From assembly GCA_030632085.1 (NCBI GenBank), contig DAOVJY010000006.1, positions 26,805 through 90,804 on the forward strand: DNA of 64,000 bases. The letters are read 5' to 3'. The position numbers and the translations under genes are program-made. Positions 50,761 through 60,458 of the stretch are shown here, one piece after another; within the stretch, counting starts at the first letter, position 1, and each line of letters begins with the position of its first letter. The notes beneath the pieces were generated by a model, which ran no database searches, was not told the origin of the DNA, and saw only the letters and a list, made by a program, of their open reading frames with translations. Source of the stretch: Candidatus Omnitrophota bacterium (GTDB lineage Bacteria; Omnitrophota; Gorgyraeia; JAGLLT01).

Positions 50761-52161
50761 ATGAAAAGAAATAAATCAGAAGCAGATACAATTGCCGCCA
50801 TATCGACCCCTATCGGGGTGGGTGGTTTGGCTATAATACGCATAAGCGGTTCCAAGGCGATTAGAGTTGCCGGGAAGATTTTTAGAGCAAAAAATAAAAA
50901 ATCAGTTTTAAAGGCTGAGAGCCATACGATTCTGTATGGTTATGTATTTGATTCCTCAAAAAATAAAAAATCGGTTGATGAGGTCCTTTTGAGTCTTATG
51001 AGAGCTCCTAAAACTTATACCACCGAAGATGTAGTTGAGATAAGTTGCCATGGTGGGTTGGCCGCGGCCAGAGTGATATTGGAACTGTTATTGAAGTCCG
51101 GCGCGCGCTTGGCCGAGGCGGGAGAATTTACTAAACGAGCCTTTATTAATGGGCGCATTGATTTAGCGCAGGCGGAAGCCGTCAATGATATGATTAATGC
51201 CAAAACCGATAAAAGCCTGCAACTTGCTTTTGAACATCTTAAAGGTAATTTTTCCGGTTCCATAAAACAAATGGCAGATGATTTAGCTGATATTATCTCG
51301 GATGTAGAAGCGGCTATTGATTTTGACTCTCAGCACATTAAGAGCTTAAATAAAAAAAGCCTCAAGGATAACCTCAAGAAAAAATTGGATATCATAGATA
51401 AGATGATTAAAGAGGCTGATTACGGTATAGTTGTTAACGAAGGTATTTCTGTTGTGATTTGCGGTAAGGCAAATGTTGGAAAATCGAGCCTAATGAATGC
51501 TTTTTTAAAAACCGAGAAAGTAATCGTTAGCCCCATACCGGGAACGACAAGAGATACTATTGAAGAAGTTATTAATATTAGGGGCGTGGCTTTAAAATTT
51601 ATAGATACCGCGGGAATGATTAAGTCCGCCGATATTTTAGAGGCTAAAAGCATCAAGAAGACTATTGAGTCTTTAGAGAGAGCTGATTTAGTTTTGTTTA
51701 TTTTAGATGTATCAAAGAAAATAACATCGGATGATAAAGAGATAATCAACCTCATAGCTGATAGGCCGCATATAATTGCTTTAAATAAGGTTGATTTAAA
51801 GAGAAAAATCAATCTTAACCCTATAGCTGATTTTATTAAAGGCAAAAAAGTGCTTAATATATCGGCCACCGGGAGAACTAATTTAGATGAACTGGAAAAA
51901 GAAATCCTAAAAACTGTTTTTGATGGCCGCTCGAGAAGCATTAACAGCCAGATGATTAATAATTTAAGGCAAAAGGAGCTCGTTAAGGATTGTTATGAAG
52001 CGCTGCTTAGAGCTTATAAATCCCTTTGTAATAATTTGTCATATGAATTTGTCTCGCTTGATTTAAGGGAAGCCCTTAATCATTTATTGGCTGTAACCGG
52101 CCAGGCAGCCAGTGTTGATATCTTAGAAAGGATTTTTAGTAAATTTTGTATAGGAAAATAA
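50761..52161 (+). CDS. mnmE: tRNA modification GTPase MnmE
   Basis: DTIAAISTP, GKANVGKSSL, GTTRD, IFSKFCIGK. Confidence 0.98.
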   Translation: MKRNKSEADTIAAISTPIGVGGLAIIRISGSKAIRVAGKIFRAKNKKSVLKAESHTILYGYVFDSSKNKKSVDEVLLSLMRAPKTYTTEDVVEISCHGGLAAARVILELLLKSGARLAEAGEFTKRAFINGRIDLAQAEAVNDMINAKTDKSLQLAFEHLKGNFSGSIKQMADDLADIISDVEAAIDFDSQHIKSLNKKSLKDNLKKKLDIIDKMIKEADYGIVVNEGISVVICGKANVGKSSLMNAFLKTEKVIVSPIPGTTRDTIEEVINIRGVALKFIDTAGMIKSADILEAKSIKKTIESLERADLVLFILDVSKKITSDDKEIINLIADRPHIIALNKVDLKRKINLNPIADFIKGKKVLNISATGRTNLDELEKEILKTVFDGRSRSINSQMINNLRQKELVKDCYEALLRAYKSLCNNLSYEFVSLDLREALNHLLAVTGQAASVDILERIFSKFCIGK

Positions 52162-52295
52162 AGAAACAGGATTAAGAATTAAGGATTAAGGATTAAGTTA
52201 GAAGCAAAAGACAAATAGCGTATAGCAGATAGCGTAGAGCAGATAGGAAAAGCAAAAAAACAAAAAGAACAAAAAATTAAAAGGCAAAAAATAGT
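52162..52295 (+). repeat. Stacked 7-mer tracts (AGGATTA-, TAGC- and CAAAAA-type)
   Basis: aggattaagaattaaggattaaggattaag; tagcgtatagcagatagcgtagagcagatagg (near-identical to 60504-60535, 62389-62420). Confidence 0.85.
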
Positions 52296-52303
52296 AGTTT
52301 GAG

Positions 52304-52413
52304 TATATATCCCCCTTGTTTTCGCGAGAAAACATGCAGGGGGGATTAATTCATGCTTATCATTTACGCAAGCTTCGCTTTCGTAAAAGATGCATTCATT
52401 AAGGAGATTTAAT
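52304..52413 (+). promoter_or_regulatory. Structured leader motif copy A (folE)
   Basis: Two hairpins then TCATTAAGGAGAT; homologous to 57236-57347. Confidence 0.7.
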
Positions 52414-52977
52414 ATGGAAATTGATAAAAGTAAAATTAAAAAGGCCGTTAAACTGTTTCTTGAAGCCATTGGCGAAGATGAGAACAGGCAAGGCTTAATT
52501 CATACACCTCAGCGTGTAGCTGATATGTGTGATGAGCTGTTTGCCGGGGTTACAAAGAAAGCAGACAAGGAGTTGGAAGTTATTTTTACTAAAGAACATG
52601 ATGAGATAATTTTAATCAGAGATATCACCTTTTATTCGCTTTGCGAACACCATTTATTACCATTCTTTGGTAAAGCGCATTTAGCTTATATTCCTTCCGG
52701 TAAACGGATTACCGGTTTAAGTAAATTAGCCAGAACAGTTGATCTTATATCCAAAAAGCTGCAAATACAGGAAAACTTGACAACTGAGATAGCTGATTTA
52801 GTTATGAAAAAATTAAAGCCTAAAGGGGTTATGGTTGTTGTAGAGGCGGAGCATTTATGTATGAGCATGCGGGGGGTAAAAAAACCGGGCTCACAGACCA
52901 TCACCAGTGCTGTTCGGGGTGTATTTAGGTCTAATGAAAAAACAAGGGCCGAAACCTTAGCGCTTATAAAATTTTGA
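52414..52977 (+). CDS. folE: GTP cyclohydrolase I
   Basis: [33 protein letters not shown]; ATG 52414 after AAGGAG. Confidence 0.97.
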   Translation: MEIDKSKIKKAVKLFLEAIGEDENRQGLIHTPQRVADMCDELFAGVTKKADKELEVIFTKEHDEIILIRDITFYSLCEHHLLPFFGKAHLAYIPSGKRITGLSKLARTVDLISKKLQIQENLTTEIADLVMKKLKPKGVMVVVEAEHLCMSMRGVKKPGSQTITSAVRGVFRSNEKTRAETLALIKF

Positions 52978-53045
52978 CACGATAAGCCGAGAATATGCTA
53001 TAATATGTTGTGGAAATTAGAGTTAAGAAATAAAGGGTGTTGTTT

Positions 53046-54179
53046 ATGAGCATAGAAAATCTGCAGAAGGATATTAGAGGCCTCAAAAGCCGGTTAGCCC
53101 AAAAAGACCAGCAAATAAAAGAGCTGCAGCTTATGCATAAAATCAGTAAAGAAGCTGCCGGTGTGACTAATTTGAAAAAAACACTTCAATTAATTATTGA
53201 GGAAGCTTGCGGCGCGTTTGAAGCCGGCATTGGTTCTATTTTGCTCTTTGATTCCAAATCTAAAGAGTTAGTGATGAAGGCGGCCAGAGGCCTTGATGCT
53301 GAGTTCTTAAAAAGCGTAAGGATTAAAATAGGTGAGAGAATTTCAGGCTGGGTAGCTGAATCCAGGAAACCTCTTTTAGTTGTTGATGTTGAAAGTGATG
53401 AGAGATTTGCCAAGCGCAGTAATGAAAAATATTTTAACAAATCTCTTATTACCGCTCCTATTTCCTGCCGGAATAAGTTTTTGGGGGTAATTAATATAAA
53501 TAATAAGAAAAGTATGGAAGTCTTTACCGAGCATGATTTAGACCTTTTGGTTGCTATAGCTGAACAAGCGGGGATTATAATAAGTAATGCTGATACTTAT
53601 AGACAGTTTCAAGAGGTTTATTTAAATACGGTTTCAGCTTTAACGGAAGCAATTGATACCAGAGATCATTATACTAAGAGTCATTCTGAACATGTGACTA
53701 AGTATGCAATGAGTATTGCTAAAGAGATGGATTTGGATGATGAGAGGATGAATATCTTAAGAGATGCCTCGAAGCTTCATGATATAGGTAAAATTGGAGT
53801 GCATGATTATATTTTGATGAAACCCGGTAAACTTACTAAGGAAGAATGGGAAGAAATTAAATTGCATTCCATAAAAGGCGTTAAAATACTTCAACCCTTA
53901 ACTTTTTTAAATGGCTCCCTTGATGCCATAAGGGGACATCATGAAAGGTTTGACGGTAAGGGATATCCCGATGGTAAAAAAGGTAAAAATATTTCCTTAG
54001 AAGCCCGGATTATGGCTGTGGCTGATTCGTTTGATGCTATGACGACTGAACGGCCATACAGAAAAGGCCTTAGCATCAAAGAAGCCAGAGAAGAAATGAT
54101 ACGCAATAAAGGCGCTCAGTTTGATCCCGAAATAGTTGACGCTTTCATTCACTGCCTAGACAAGCAAAAGTTAAAATAG
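53046..54179 (+). CDS. GAF + HD-GYP c-di-GMP phosphodiesterase
   Basis: LHDIGKIG, HHERFDGKGYPDG, ADSFDAMTTERPYR; TGCTATAAT promoter at 52996-53004. Confidence 0.93.
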   Translation: MSIENLQKDIRGLKSRLAQKDQQIKELQLMHKISKEAAGVTNLKKTLQLIIEEACGAFEAGIGSILLFDSKSKELVMKAARGLDAEFLKSVRIKIGERISGWVAESRKPLLVVDVESDERFAKRSNEKYFNKSLITAPISCRNKFLGVININNKKSMEVFTEHDLDLLVAIAEQAGIIISNADTYRQFQEVYLNTVSALTEAIDTRDHYTKSHSEHVTKYAMSIAKEMDLDDERMNILRDASKLHDIGKIGVHDYILMKPGKLTKEEWEEIKLHSIKGVKILQPLTFLNGSLDAIRGHHERFDGKGYPDGKKGKNISLEARIMAVADSFDAMTTERPYRKGLSIKEAREEMIRNKGAQFDPEIVDAFIHCLDKQKLK

Positions 54180-54193
54180 TTAGGAGGTAATTG

Positions 54194-54502
54194 ATGCAAA
54201 ATGATAACCAAAATGAAATTCTCGATCTCTCATCTGAAATAGATGAAGACAGGAAAAAGGGCAAAGGTTATGCGACTATTTTAGCCAATATTGCAGGGGA
54301 TGTGCACAAGCGCGATATAGAAAAAGCCGAAAAACTACAAGCGGAGAAACAGAGGGGTTCTAATTTTATCAGGAGGTTGTTAAAAAAATTCGGTCGCGGG
54401 AATAAAAAGACATCTATTACGGCCGAAGATATAAGCGGCCTGAAAAAGAATGATGTATACGAAGAAGATGTAATCACTAATTATTTTGATAAAAAGGTAT
54501 GA
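54194..54502 (+). CDS. Hypothetical protein
   Basis: AGGAGG RBS, operonic position. Confidence 0.6.
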   Translation: MQNDNQNEILDLSSEIDEDRKKGKGYATILANIAGDVHKRDIEKAEKLQAEKQRGSNFIRRLLKKFGRGNKKTSITAEDISGLKKNDVYEEDVITNYFDKKV

Positions 54503-54596
54503 GTTCGCGGTAAAAAAGCTTGATTTTTGTACTGCCTTAGGATATAATAAATCGTCATTTTTAATCATTTAAATTGCAAAGGAAATTTGCTTATAT

Positions 54597-55046
54597 ATGG
54601 CGGATTTTTTTATCGTTTTATTCAAAAATAAAGTTTTTTTAACTACTGTAATCTCTTGGTTTATTGCCCAAAGTATTAAGGTTTTACTGGGCATTATAAG
54701 CGAGAAGAGGTTTAATTTTAAGTGGTTTGTCGGTACCGGGGGTATGCCGAGCTCTCACGTGGCAGGCGTTTCCGCTATGGCGACAGCAGTAGGTTTAATA
54801 AGCGGCCCGGAGTCAGTTATTTTCGCGGTTTCTTTAGTCTTTGCTGTTATTGTTATGTTTGATGCTCAAGGGGTTAGGCAAGCTACAGGCATTCAGGCGG
54901 AAGTGCTTAATGAGATTACAACTGATATTTACTTTAAAAGAGGCCTTAAGGAAGAAAAATTAAAGGAACTTGTCGGGCATACCCGAGTTGAGGTTTTAGT
55001 TGGAGCGCTGCTGGGAATAATTGTAGCTTTACTGGTTTGTAAGTAA
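54597..55046 (+). CDS. Divergent PAP2 family protein (DUF212)
   Basis: GGMPSSH, VMFDAQGVR, LKELVGHT. Confidence 0.93.
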   Translation: MADFFIVLFKNKVFLTTVISWFIAQSIKVLLGIISEKRFNFKWFVGTGGMPSSHVAGVSAMATAVGLISGPESVIFAVSLVFAVIVMFDAQGVRQATGIQAEVLNEITTDIYFKRGLKEEKLKELVGHTRVEVLVGALLGIIVALLVCK

Positions 55047-55068
55047 AAATTTCAGGGGGTGATTTGAT

Positions 55069-55965
55069 TTGAAAAGAGTATTTATGTCAATTCTAGCAGC
55101 TGTTTTAGTGCTTGCCTTATTTATCGTTTTTATAACCGGCAAAAGGAACGCGGGTAATTTTGAAAGGCAATTGCAGCACGCTAGGCTTTTAGCGCAAAAC
55201 GGTGATCTAAAAGCAGCTGAGATTTTTTATAATGAGATTATTGATAAATACAAAAACGAACCCGAAGTCACTGAAGCAATAGTTGACCTGGCCGAGGTCT
55301 ACCAGGTTAAAGGGCAAATGCTTAAAGTGAAAGGTATATATCAAAAAGTTATTTCTGAATATCCGAACAGCAGTCAGGCGGCAGCTGTTCAGGAAAAACT
55401 TTGGAATGTAAATATAAGTATTTTATTTTCCGGCTTAATTACAGATAACAGTCAAATTTATGAAGTTCAGGCAAGAGATACTTTAAATAAAATCGCAAAG
55501 AAATTTCATACGACGGTAGATTTAATTCAGAAAAGCAACGGCCTCAAGGATACTCTAATCAGGCCGGGAGATAGGCTTAAGGTGGTCAATGCCGACTTTA
55601 GCATTGTAGTTGATAAGTCTCAAAATACTCTTACTTTGAAGGTAAAAGATGATGTTATTAAGATTTATAATGTTTCTACCGGTAAAAATAACTCTACTCC
55701 CGTAGGAGAGTTTACTATAGACAATAAGCTCAAAAACCCTGTTCACTACAAAAAAAGTGAGATTGTTCCGGCAGAAAGCCCGGATAATGTTTTAGGTTCT
55801 CGCTGGATGGGGCTGTCAGTTTTTTCATATGGCATTCATGGAACAACTGATGAAGCAACCATAGGCCAGCAAATAACCGAAGGTTGCGTCAGGATGCGCA
55901 ACAATGAAGTTGAAGAACTTTATGTAATTGTGCCGCTTGGCACTAAAGTGGCCATAGTAAATTAA
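55069..55965 (+). CDS. TPR-LysM-YkuD L,D-transpeptidase
   Basis: TM, TPR, LysM ([16 protein letters not shown]), YGIHGT..GCVRM. Confidence 0.93.
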   Translation: MKRVFMSILAAVLVLALFIVFITGKRNAGNFERQLQHARLLAQNGDLKAAEIFYNEIIDKYKNEPEVTEAIVDLAEVYQVKGQMLKVKGIYQKVISEYPNSSQAAAVQEKLWNVNISILFSGLITDNSQIYEVQARDTLNKIAKKFHTTVDLIQKSNGLKDTLIRPGDRLKVVNADFSIVVDKSQNTLTLKVKDDVIKIYNVSTGKNNSTPVGEFTIDNKLKNPVHYKKSEIVPAESPDNVLGSRWMGLSVFSYGIHGTTDEATIGQQITEGCVRMRNNEVEELYVIVPLGTKVAIVN

Positions 55966-55967
55966 AG

Positions 55968-56933
55968 ATGAATATTAATGGTTTAGAGTTTGAAAAACCC
56001 ATTATTGAGCTTGAAAAAAAGATAGAAGAGCTGCAAAATTTCACTTCTGATGAGAAGATAAATCTTGACAAAGAGATTGGCCATCTTCAGCAGAAGCTGG
56101 ATGAAGTTAAGAGAGATATTTATGATAGCTTAACGCCTTGGCAGCGGATTCAGATAGCTCGTCATCCAAACAGGCCTTACACGTTAGATTATATAAATCT
56201 TATTACAACCGGCTTTTTGGAGCTGCATGGCGACAGAACTTTTAGGGATGATAAGGCTTTAATAGGTGGGTTTGCCCATATTGATGATAGAAAGATTCTA
56301 ATCCTTGGGCATCAGAAAGGCAGAGGAATAAAAGATCAGGTTTTCAGAAACTTTGGATGCGCTCACCCGGAAGGTTATCGTAAGGCCATGCGTTTGATGA
56401 AATTGGCTGAGAAGTTCAGAGTTCCTGTTGTTTGTCTGATTGATACGCCGGGGGCTTATCCTGGAATTGGAGCCGAGGAAAGAGGCCAGGCGGAAGCGAT
56501 TGCCGTCAATATCAGAGAAATGTCCAACTTGAAAGTTCCTATAATAGTAGTGGTTATAGGAGAAGGGGGATCAGGCGGAGCCTTAGGTATAGGTGTTGGT
56601 GACAGGGTTTGTGTTTTGGAAAACGCTTATTATTCAGTTATATCTCCGGAAGGTTGTTCCGCTATTCTCTGGAAGAAAAAAGGATTAGCTCAGGAAGCGG
56701 CAGAAGCTTTAAAACTTACAGCAAAAGATTTATATAAATTTAAAATTATTGATGAAATAATTCCGGAACCCTTAGGCGGCGCGCATAGAAATTATGAATC
56801 TACGGCTAAAAATGTTAAAAAATCAATATTAAAAAACTTAATTCAGTTATCTGAGATGGACATCAACACATTACTTGATAAGAGATATGAGAAGTATAGA
56901 AACATCGGAGTTTTTAAAGAGCCCAATGAATAG
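55968..56933 (+). CDS. accA: Acetyl-CoA carboxylase carboxyltransferase alpha
   Basis: [31 protein letters not shown]. Confidence 0.98.
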   Translation: MNINGLEFEKPIIELEKKIEELQNFTSDEKINLDKEIGHLQQKLDEVKRDIYDSLTPWQRIQIARHPNRPYTLDYINLITTGFLELHGDRTFRDDKALIGGFAHIDDRKILILGHQKGRGIKDQVFRNFGCAHPEGYRKAMRLMKLAEKFRVPVVCLIDTPGAYPGIGAEERGQAEAIAVNIREMSNLKVPIIVVVIGEGGSGGALGIGVGDRVCVLENAYYSVISPEGCSAILWKKKGLAQEAAEALKLTAKDLYKFKIIDEIIPEPLGGAHRNYESTAKNVKKSILKNLIQLSEMDINTLLDKRYEKYRNIGVFKEPNE

Positions 56934-57210
56934 CTTATGGCTAATAGCTTATGGCTAATGGCTTATGGCAAAGAGCATAGGGCTAAGAGCAAAAAAAGAA
57001 GCGGATATTTATTAGCGTTTAGCGTGTAGCGTATACAAAAACAAGAAACAATAACCAAGAGACAATAACCAAATAATAACCAATGACCAAATTCAAAATA
57101 ACCAAAGCAAAACAAGAGCAACTGTTTGATTATTAAATATTGTTTGCCTCTTGTAACTTGTGTCTTGTGACTGGTGACTTTGCAACTTGTATCTTGATTG
57201 CTGGTGATTT
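56929..57210 (+). repeat. Stacked 7-mer tracts ending in a gene-less left+right arm pair
   Basis: aatagcttatggctaatagcttatggctaatggcttatggc; ttagcgtttagcgtgtagcgt; left arm 57036-57106, right arm 57123-57210. Confidence 0.88.
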
Positions 57211-57235
57211 AAACTTAAATAATTTTGACAATACT

Positions 57236-57347
57236 TATATATCCCCCCTTGTTTTCTAAAGAAAACACGCAGGGGGGATTAATTCGCCCAAATAATTTAT
57301 GACATCCGACGGATGACATAAATTATGTGCTCATTAAGGAGATAAAA
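57236..57347 (+). promoter_or_regulatory. Structured leader motif copy B (bioY)
   Basis: Homologous to 52304-52413. Confidence 0.7.
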
Positions 57348-57932
57348 ATGAAGACATTTGAATTAAACATAAAAACCATTAGGCATCTTTTGGATTTAGA
57401 AATAACTTTGCCTAAATCTTTATTGAAAGCGATAGGCGTAGGAGTATTTGTTTTTCTAACAGCAGCAGGTGCCTATATAAGAGTCCCCTTATTTTTTACT
57501 CCGGTCCCCTTAACGATGCAAACATTGTTTGTTCTTCTTTCCGGCGCAATATTAAAAAAGAAATACGGTTCTATTTCTCAGATTTTGTATGTTGCTTTAG
57601 GTGCTTTAGGCCTGCCTTTGTTCGCGGGAGCTGTCTCCGGTTTTGGAATTATTTTGGGCCCGACAGGTGGTTATCTTATGGGATTTATTTTGGCTTCTTT
57701 TATTTTAGGTGTTCTGTTGGATAAAAAAGAGAGGCCGTTATTTGAGTTGATTATTTCATTTGTTTTTGTTAGTATTCTTATTTTAGCATTAGGTTCTCTT
57801 TGGCTTAAGGTTTTCTTAGGTGTGGGTATAAAGCAAGCTTTCATGATAGGTTTTTTACCTTTTATCGTAGGTGATATATTAAAATGCTTGTTAGCCGCGA
57901 CAGTCTACGATAAACTAAAACACAAATTTTAA
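57348..57932 (+). CDS. bioY: Biotin transporter BioY
   Basis: PVPLTMQTLFVLLSG, GLPLFAG, GPTGGYLMGF, PFIVGDILK. Confidence 0.95.
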   Translation: MKTFELNIKTIRHLLDLEITLPKSLLKAIGVGVFVFLTAAGAYIRVPLFFTPVPLTMQTLFVLLSGAILKKKYGSISQILYVALGALGLPLFAGAVSGFGIILGPTGGYLMGFILASFILGVLLDKKERPLFELIISFVFVSILILALGSLWLKVFLGVGIKQAFMIGFLPFIVGDILKCLLAATVYDKLKHKF

Positions 57933-57933
57933 A

Positions 57934-58335
57934 TTGTTTATTATCAGAGCTCATCATCTTTTATGTGTTCTCGGCTTTAAAGGGTATGGTTATAGCGAGG
58001 ATTTCATTGATAACTTTACAAAAATCCACAAGGAAGTAAAGAAGAAATCAACCATAATAAAAATAGTTTGTGAAAAAGACGATGTGTGTAAATGTTGCCC
58101 TAAATTGAGGACAGATTGCCTGGAAGATATAAACCCGGGAAATATTGATAAAGCTGTTCTCTCTAAACTTAAGATCGCTGCCGGCAGCATTTATAAAAGT
58201 GAGACCATATACAGAAAATTGACAGATTGTATCAAAGTTGATGATTTAGATGTTATTTGCGCGTCTTGTCCCTGGCTTGAAAAAGGTTGGTGTAAACAGG
58301 GACTCAAAAAATTAAAAGATAAATTGGCGGTGTAG
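57934..58335 (+). CDS. DUF1284-family Cys/His-rich protein
   Basis: RAHHLLC..F.GYGYS..F, DDVC..CP, CASCPW...C. Confidence 0.88.
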   Translation: MFIIRAHHLLCVLGFKGYGYSEDFIDNFTKIHKEVKKKSTIIKIVCEKDDVCKCCPKLRTDCLEDINPGNIDKAVLSKLKIAAGSIYKSETIYRKLTDCIKVDDLDVICASCPWLEKGWCKQGLKKLKDKLAV

Positions 58336-58402
58336 CTCAGTTGGTTAGAGCAGTCGGCTCATACCCGGCGCGTCGGCCGTTCGAGTCGGCCCACCGCTAC
58401 CA
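58326..58402 (+). tRNA. tRNA with CAT anticodon, most likely elongator tRNA-Met
   Basis: Cloverleaf GGCGGTG/CACCGCT, D arm GCTC/GAGC, anticodon loop CTCATAC, T loop TTCGAGT, encoded CCA; 77 nt. Confidence 0.95.
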
Positions 58403-58412
58403 TTATTTGATA

Positions 58413-59825
58413 ATGATTTATGATAAGTTCATTTCAGATGTAAAAAAGTACCACATGCTTTATCCTCAGGAGAAAGTATTGCTTGCTGTCTCCGGCGGGC
58501 CCGACTCCGTTGCTTTGCTTTTGTTGTTTTTAAAGTTAAAGAAAAAACTCAAGTTAGACCTTTTGGTTGTTCATATCAATCATAATTTAAGAGCAGGTGA
58601 ATCAAATTCTGACGAAAGGTTTCTCAGGCGGCTTTGTAAAGAGCGTAATGTAGATTTATATATAAAGAATATTGATGTTTCTCTATTGGCCAAAAAAGAA
58701 AAACTTTCATTGGAAGATGCCGCGAGAGAAGCCCGCTATAGAACTTTCGAGAAGGTATGCAAAAAATATAAGATAAAGAAAGTTGCTTTAGCTCATACCA
58801 AAGACGACCAGGCGGAAACTTATCTTATGCGTCTTTTAAGAGGAGCCGGGCTTAAGGGGCTCTCAGGTATATGGCCTGTAAGACAACATAAAGAGTTAGT
58901 TCTCGTGAGGCCCCTTTTAGGGATATCCAAAACGGAGATTATTCGTTTTTTAAAGCAAAAAAAACAGAATTATCGAACTGATTCTTCAAATTTAAAGCCG
59001 GATTATCTTAGAAATAAGATTAGATTGAAAACCATACCTTATTTAAGAAAAAACTTTAACCCTCAACTTTGCGATATTCTAAGCCGTCAAACCGATGTTT
59101 TAAGACAAGTTTATCAATATATCCAAAAAGAAGCGGAATTAATATACACGAGGATTTGTACTAAATCTAAAAAGGGTGTAAGTATTAATTTAGTTAAATT
59201 TCGCGAGCTTGATACCGCCCTGGCTTTTGAGGTTTTAAGGCTTTGCTTGTTAGGTGTCAAGGGCCACCTCAAAGACATTTCTTATGATAACTTAAACGCG
59301 TTGTGGCAAATGAGTCAAAATAAGGCTGGCAGCGAAACTGTAACCCTTTCAGATGAAATTAGGGGCGTGAGAGAATATTCGAACTTAAAGATTTTAACAA
59401 ACTTAAAAGCTAAAGCAGGAAGCAAAGTTAGAAAAAATAAGCCCAAGTTAATAAAGATTCCCGGAAGTACCGAATTCAAAGGCCTTAATTGCAAAATTTG
59501 CACTAAAATATTAAAGCCGAAAGGTAAAATCAGCTCTAAAAATGATTCTTCGGTTGAATATATTGATTTTGATAAGATACACGGCTATCTAAAGCTTAGG
59601 ACAAGGATAATTAAAGATAAATTTAAACCGCTGGGGTTAAAAAATCGCAAAAGCCTCAAGAATTTTCTCATTAATTTAAAAATACCGGTTTCGCAAAGAG
59701 ATGATATTCCGCTTATTATTGACGATGAGAATATAATCTGGGTGGCGGGTTTTAGGATATCGCAGGACTATAAAGTCAATAAGGACACCTGCCGAGTTCT
59801 AAGGCTAAAAATTACCTACTCCTAG
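58413..59825 (+). CDS. tilS: tRNA(Ile)-lysidine synthetase
   Basis: AVSGGPDS, HINHNLR, AREARY, AHTKDDQAET, RPLL, RNKIR; ATG 58413 just after tRNA. Confidence 0.97.
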   Translation: MIYDKFISDVKKYHMLYPQEKVLLAVSGGPDSVALLLLFLKLKKKLKLDLLVVHINHNLRAGESNSDERFLRRLCKERNVDLYIKNIDVSLLAKKEKLSLEDAAREARYRTFEKVCKKYKIKKVALAHTKDDQAETYLMRLLRGAGLKGLSGIWPVRQHKELVLVRPLLGISKTEIIRFLKQKKQNYRTDSSNLKPDYLRNKIRLKTIPYLRKNFNPQLCDILSRQTDVLRQVYQYIQKEAELIYTRICTKSKKGVSINLVKFRELDTALAFEVLRLCLLGVKGHLKDISYDNLNALWQMSQNKAGSETVTLSDEIRGVREYSNLKILTNLKAKAGSKVRKNKPKLIKIPGSTEFKGLNCKICTKILKPKGKISSKNDSSVEYIDFDKIHGYLKLRTRIIKDKFKPLGLKNRKSLKNFLINLKIPVSQRDDIPLIIDDENIIWVAGFRISQDYKVNKDTCRVLRLKITYS

Positions 59826-59943
59826 CACCTACAGTTATTGTAAAATGTTCGAGGCGAAGCCTCGAACAATAATACTCAAACCTTTGAAATTTTCTCTTAA
59901 TAAAGTTCATCACTTATGATACACTTATAGCGGAGGTAAAATA

Positions 59944-60174
59944 ATGAGCACAAAACATCCCAGATTAAATGTTGTCTTGGAGCCGGTTCTGTATCGTGCG
60001 GTTTTAAAATTGGCAAGAAAAGAGGAGGTATCGCTATCTCTAAAAGCGAGAGACCTTATTCGTGACGCTTTGGAATATTGCGAAGATGTCCATTGGGCGG
60101 ATCAGGCGCAAGCAAGGGAAAAGATATTCAATCGCAAAAAAACTATAAAGCATAGTCAGGTTTGGGGAAGCTAG
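59944..60174 (+). CDS. Antitoxin, RHH/CopG-like, copy 1
   Basis: RLNVVL..SLSLKARDLIRDALEYCED..H..VW; upstream of RelE-type toxin. Confidence 0.85.
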   Translation: MSTKHPRLNVVLEPVLYRAVLKLARKEEVSLSLKARDLIRDALEYCEDVHWADQAQAREKIFNRKKTIKHSQVWGS

Positions 60175-60176
60175 GA

Positions 60177-60458
60177 GTGACTTATAAGCTGCTTTATCAT
60201 CCTGCTGTTTTAAAAGAGGATTTACGTAAGATTCCGAACGGCCAAAAATCAAGAATTCGACATATTATTGAAACAAAGCTTGTTAATAATCCTATTTTAG
60301 CAGGTAAGCTTTTGCGCCAAAGTTTGAAAGGCCATAGAAAACTTCGCGTTGGAGATTGGAGAATAATTTACCGAATAGACAGGAAAAACATTATAATATT
60401 GAAGATTGGACATCGTAGAGAAGTTTACCAACGCGCGACAAGACGAATAAAGAAATAA
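60177..60458 (+). CDS. RelE/ParE-family toxin, copy 1
   Basis: GK.LRQSLKGHRKLRVGDWRIIY..IGHRREVY; GTG 60177 likely start. Confidence 0.92.
   Translation: MTYKLLYHPAVLKEDLRKIPNGQKSRIRHIIETKLVNNPILAGKLLRQSLKGHRKLRVGDWRIIYRIDRKNIIILKIGHRREVYQRATRRIKK

Noticed and set aside
52304-52413. Known THF, ZTP or preQ1 riboswitch before folE
   Set aside because: I could not match their consensus features by eye, and the same motif precedes bioY; needs an Rfam scan.
57225-57250. TTGACA promoter upstream of bioY leader
   Set aside because: No -10 element at 16-19 nt spacing.
58326-58402. tRNA as integration site (att duplication) for the TA island
   Set aside because: No repeat of the tRNA 3' end was noticed downstream, there is no integrase, and tilS lies between.
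58341-58412. N-terminal extension of TilS in the ORF track
   Set aside because: It is read-through of the tRNA gene; ATG 58413 is the plausible start.
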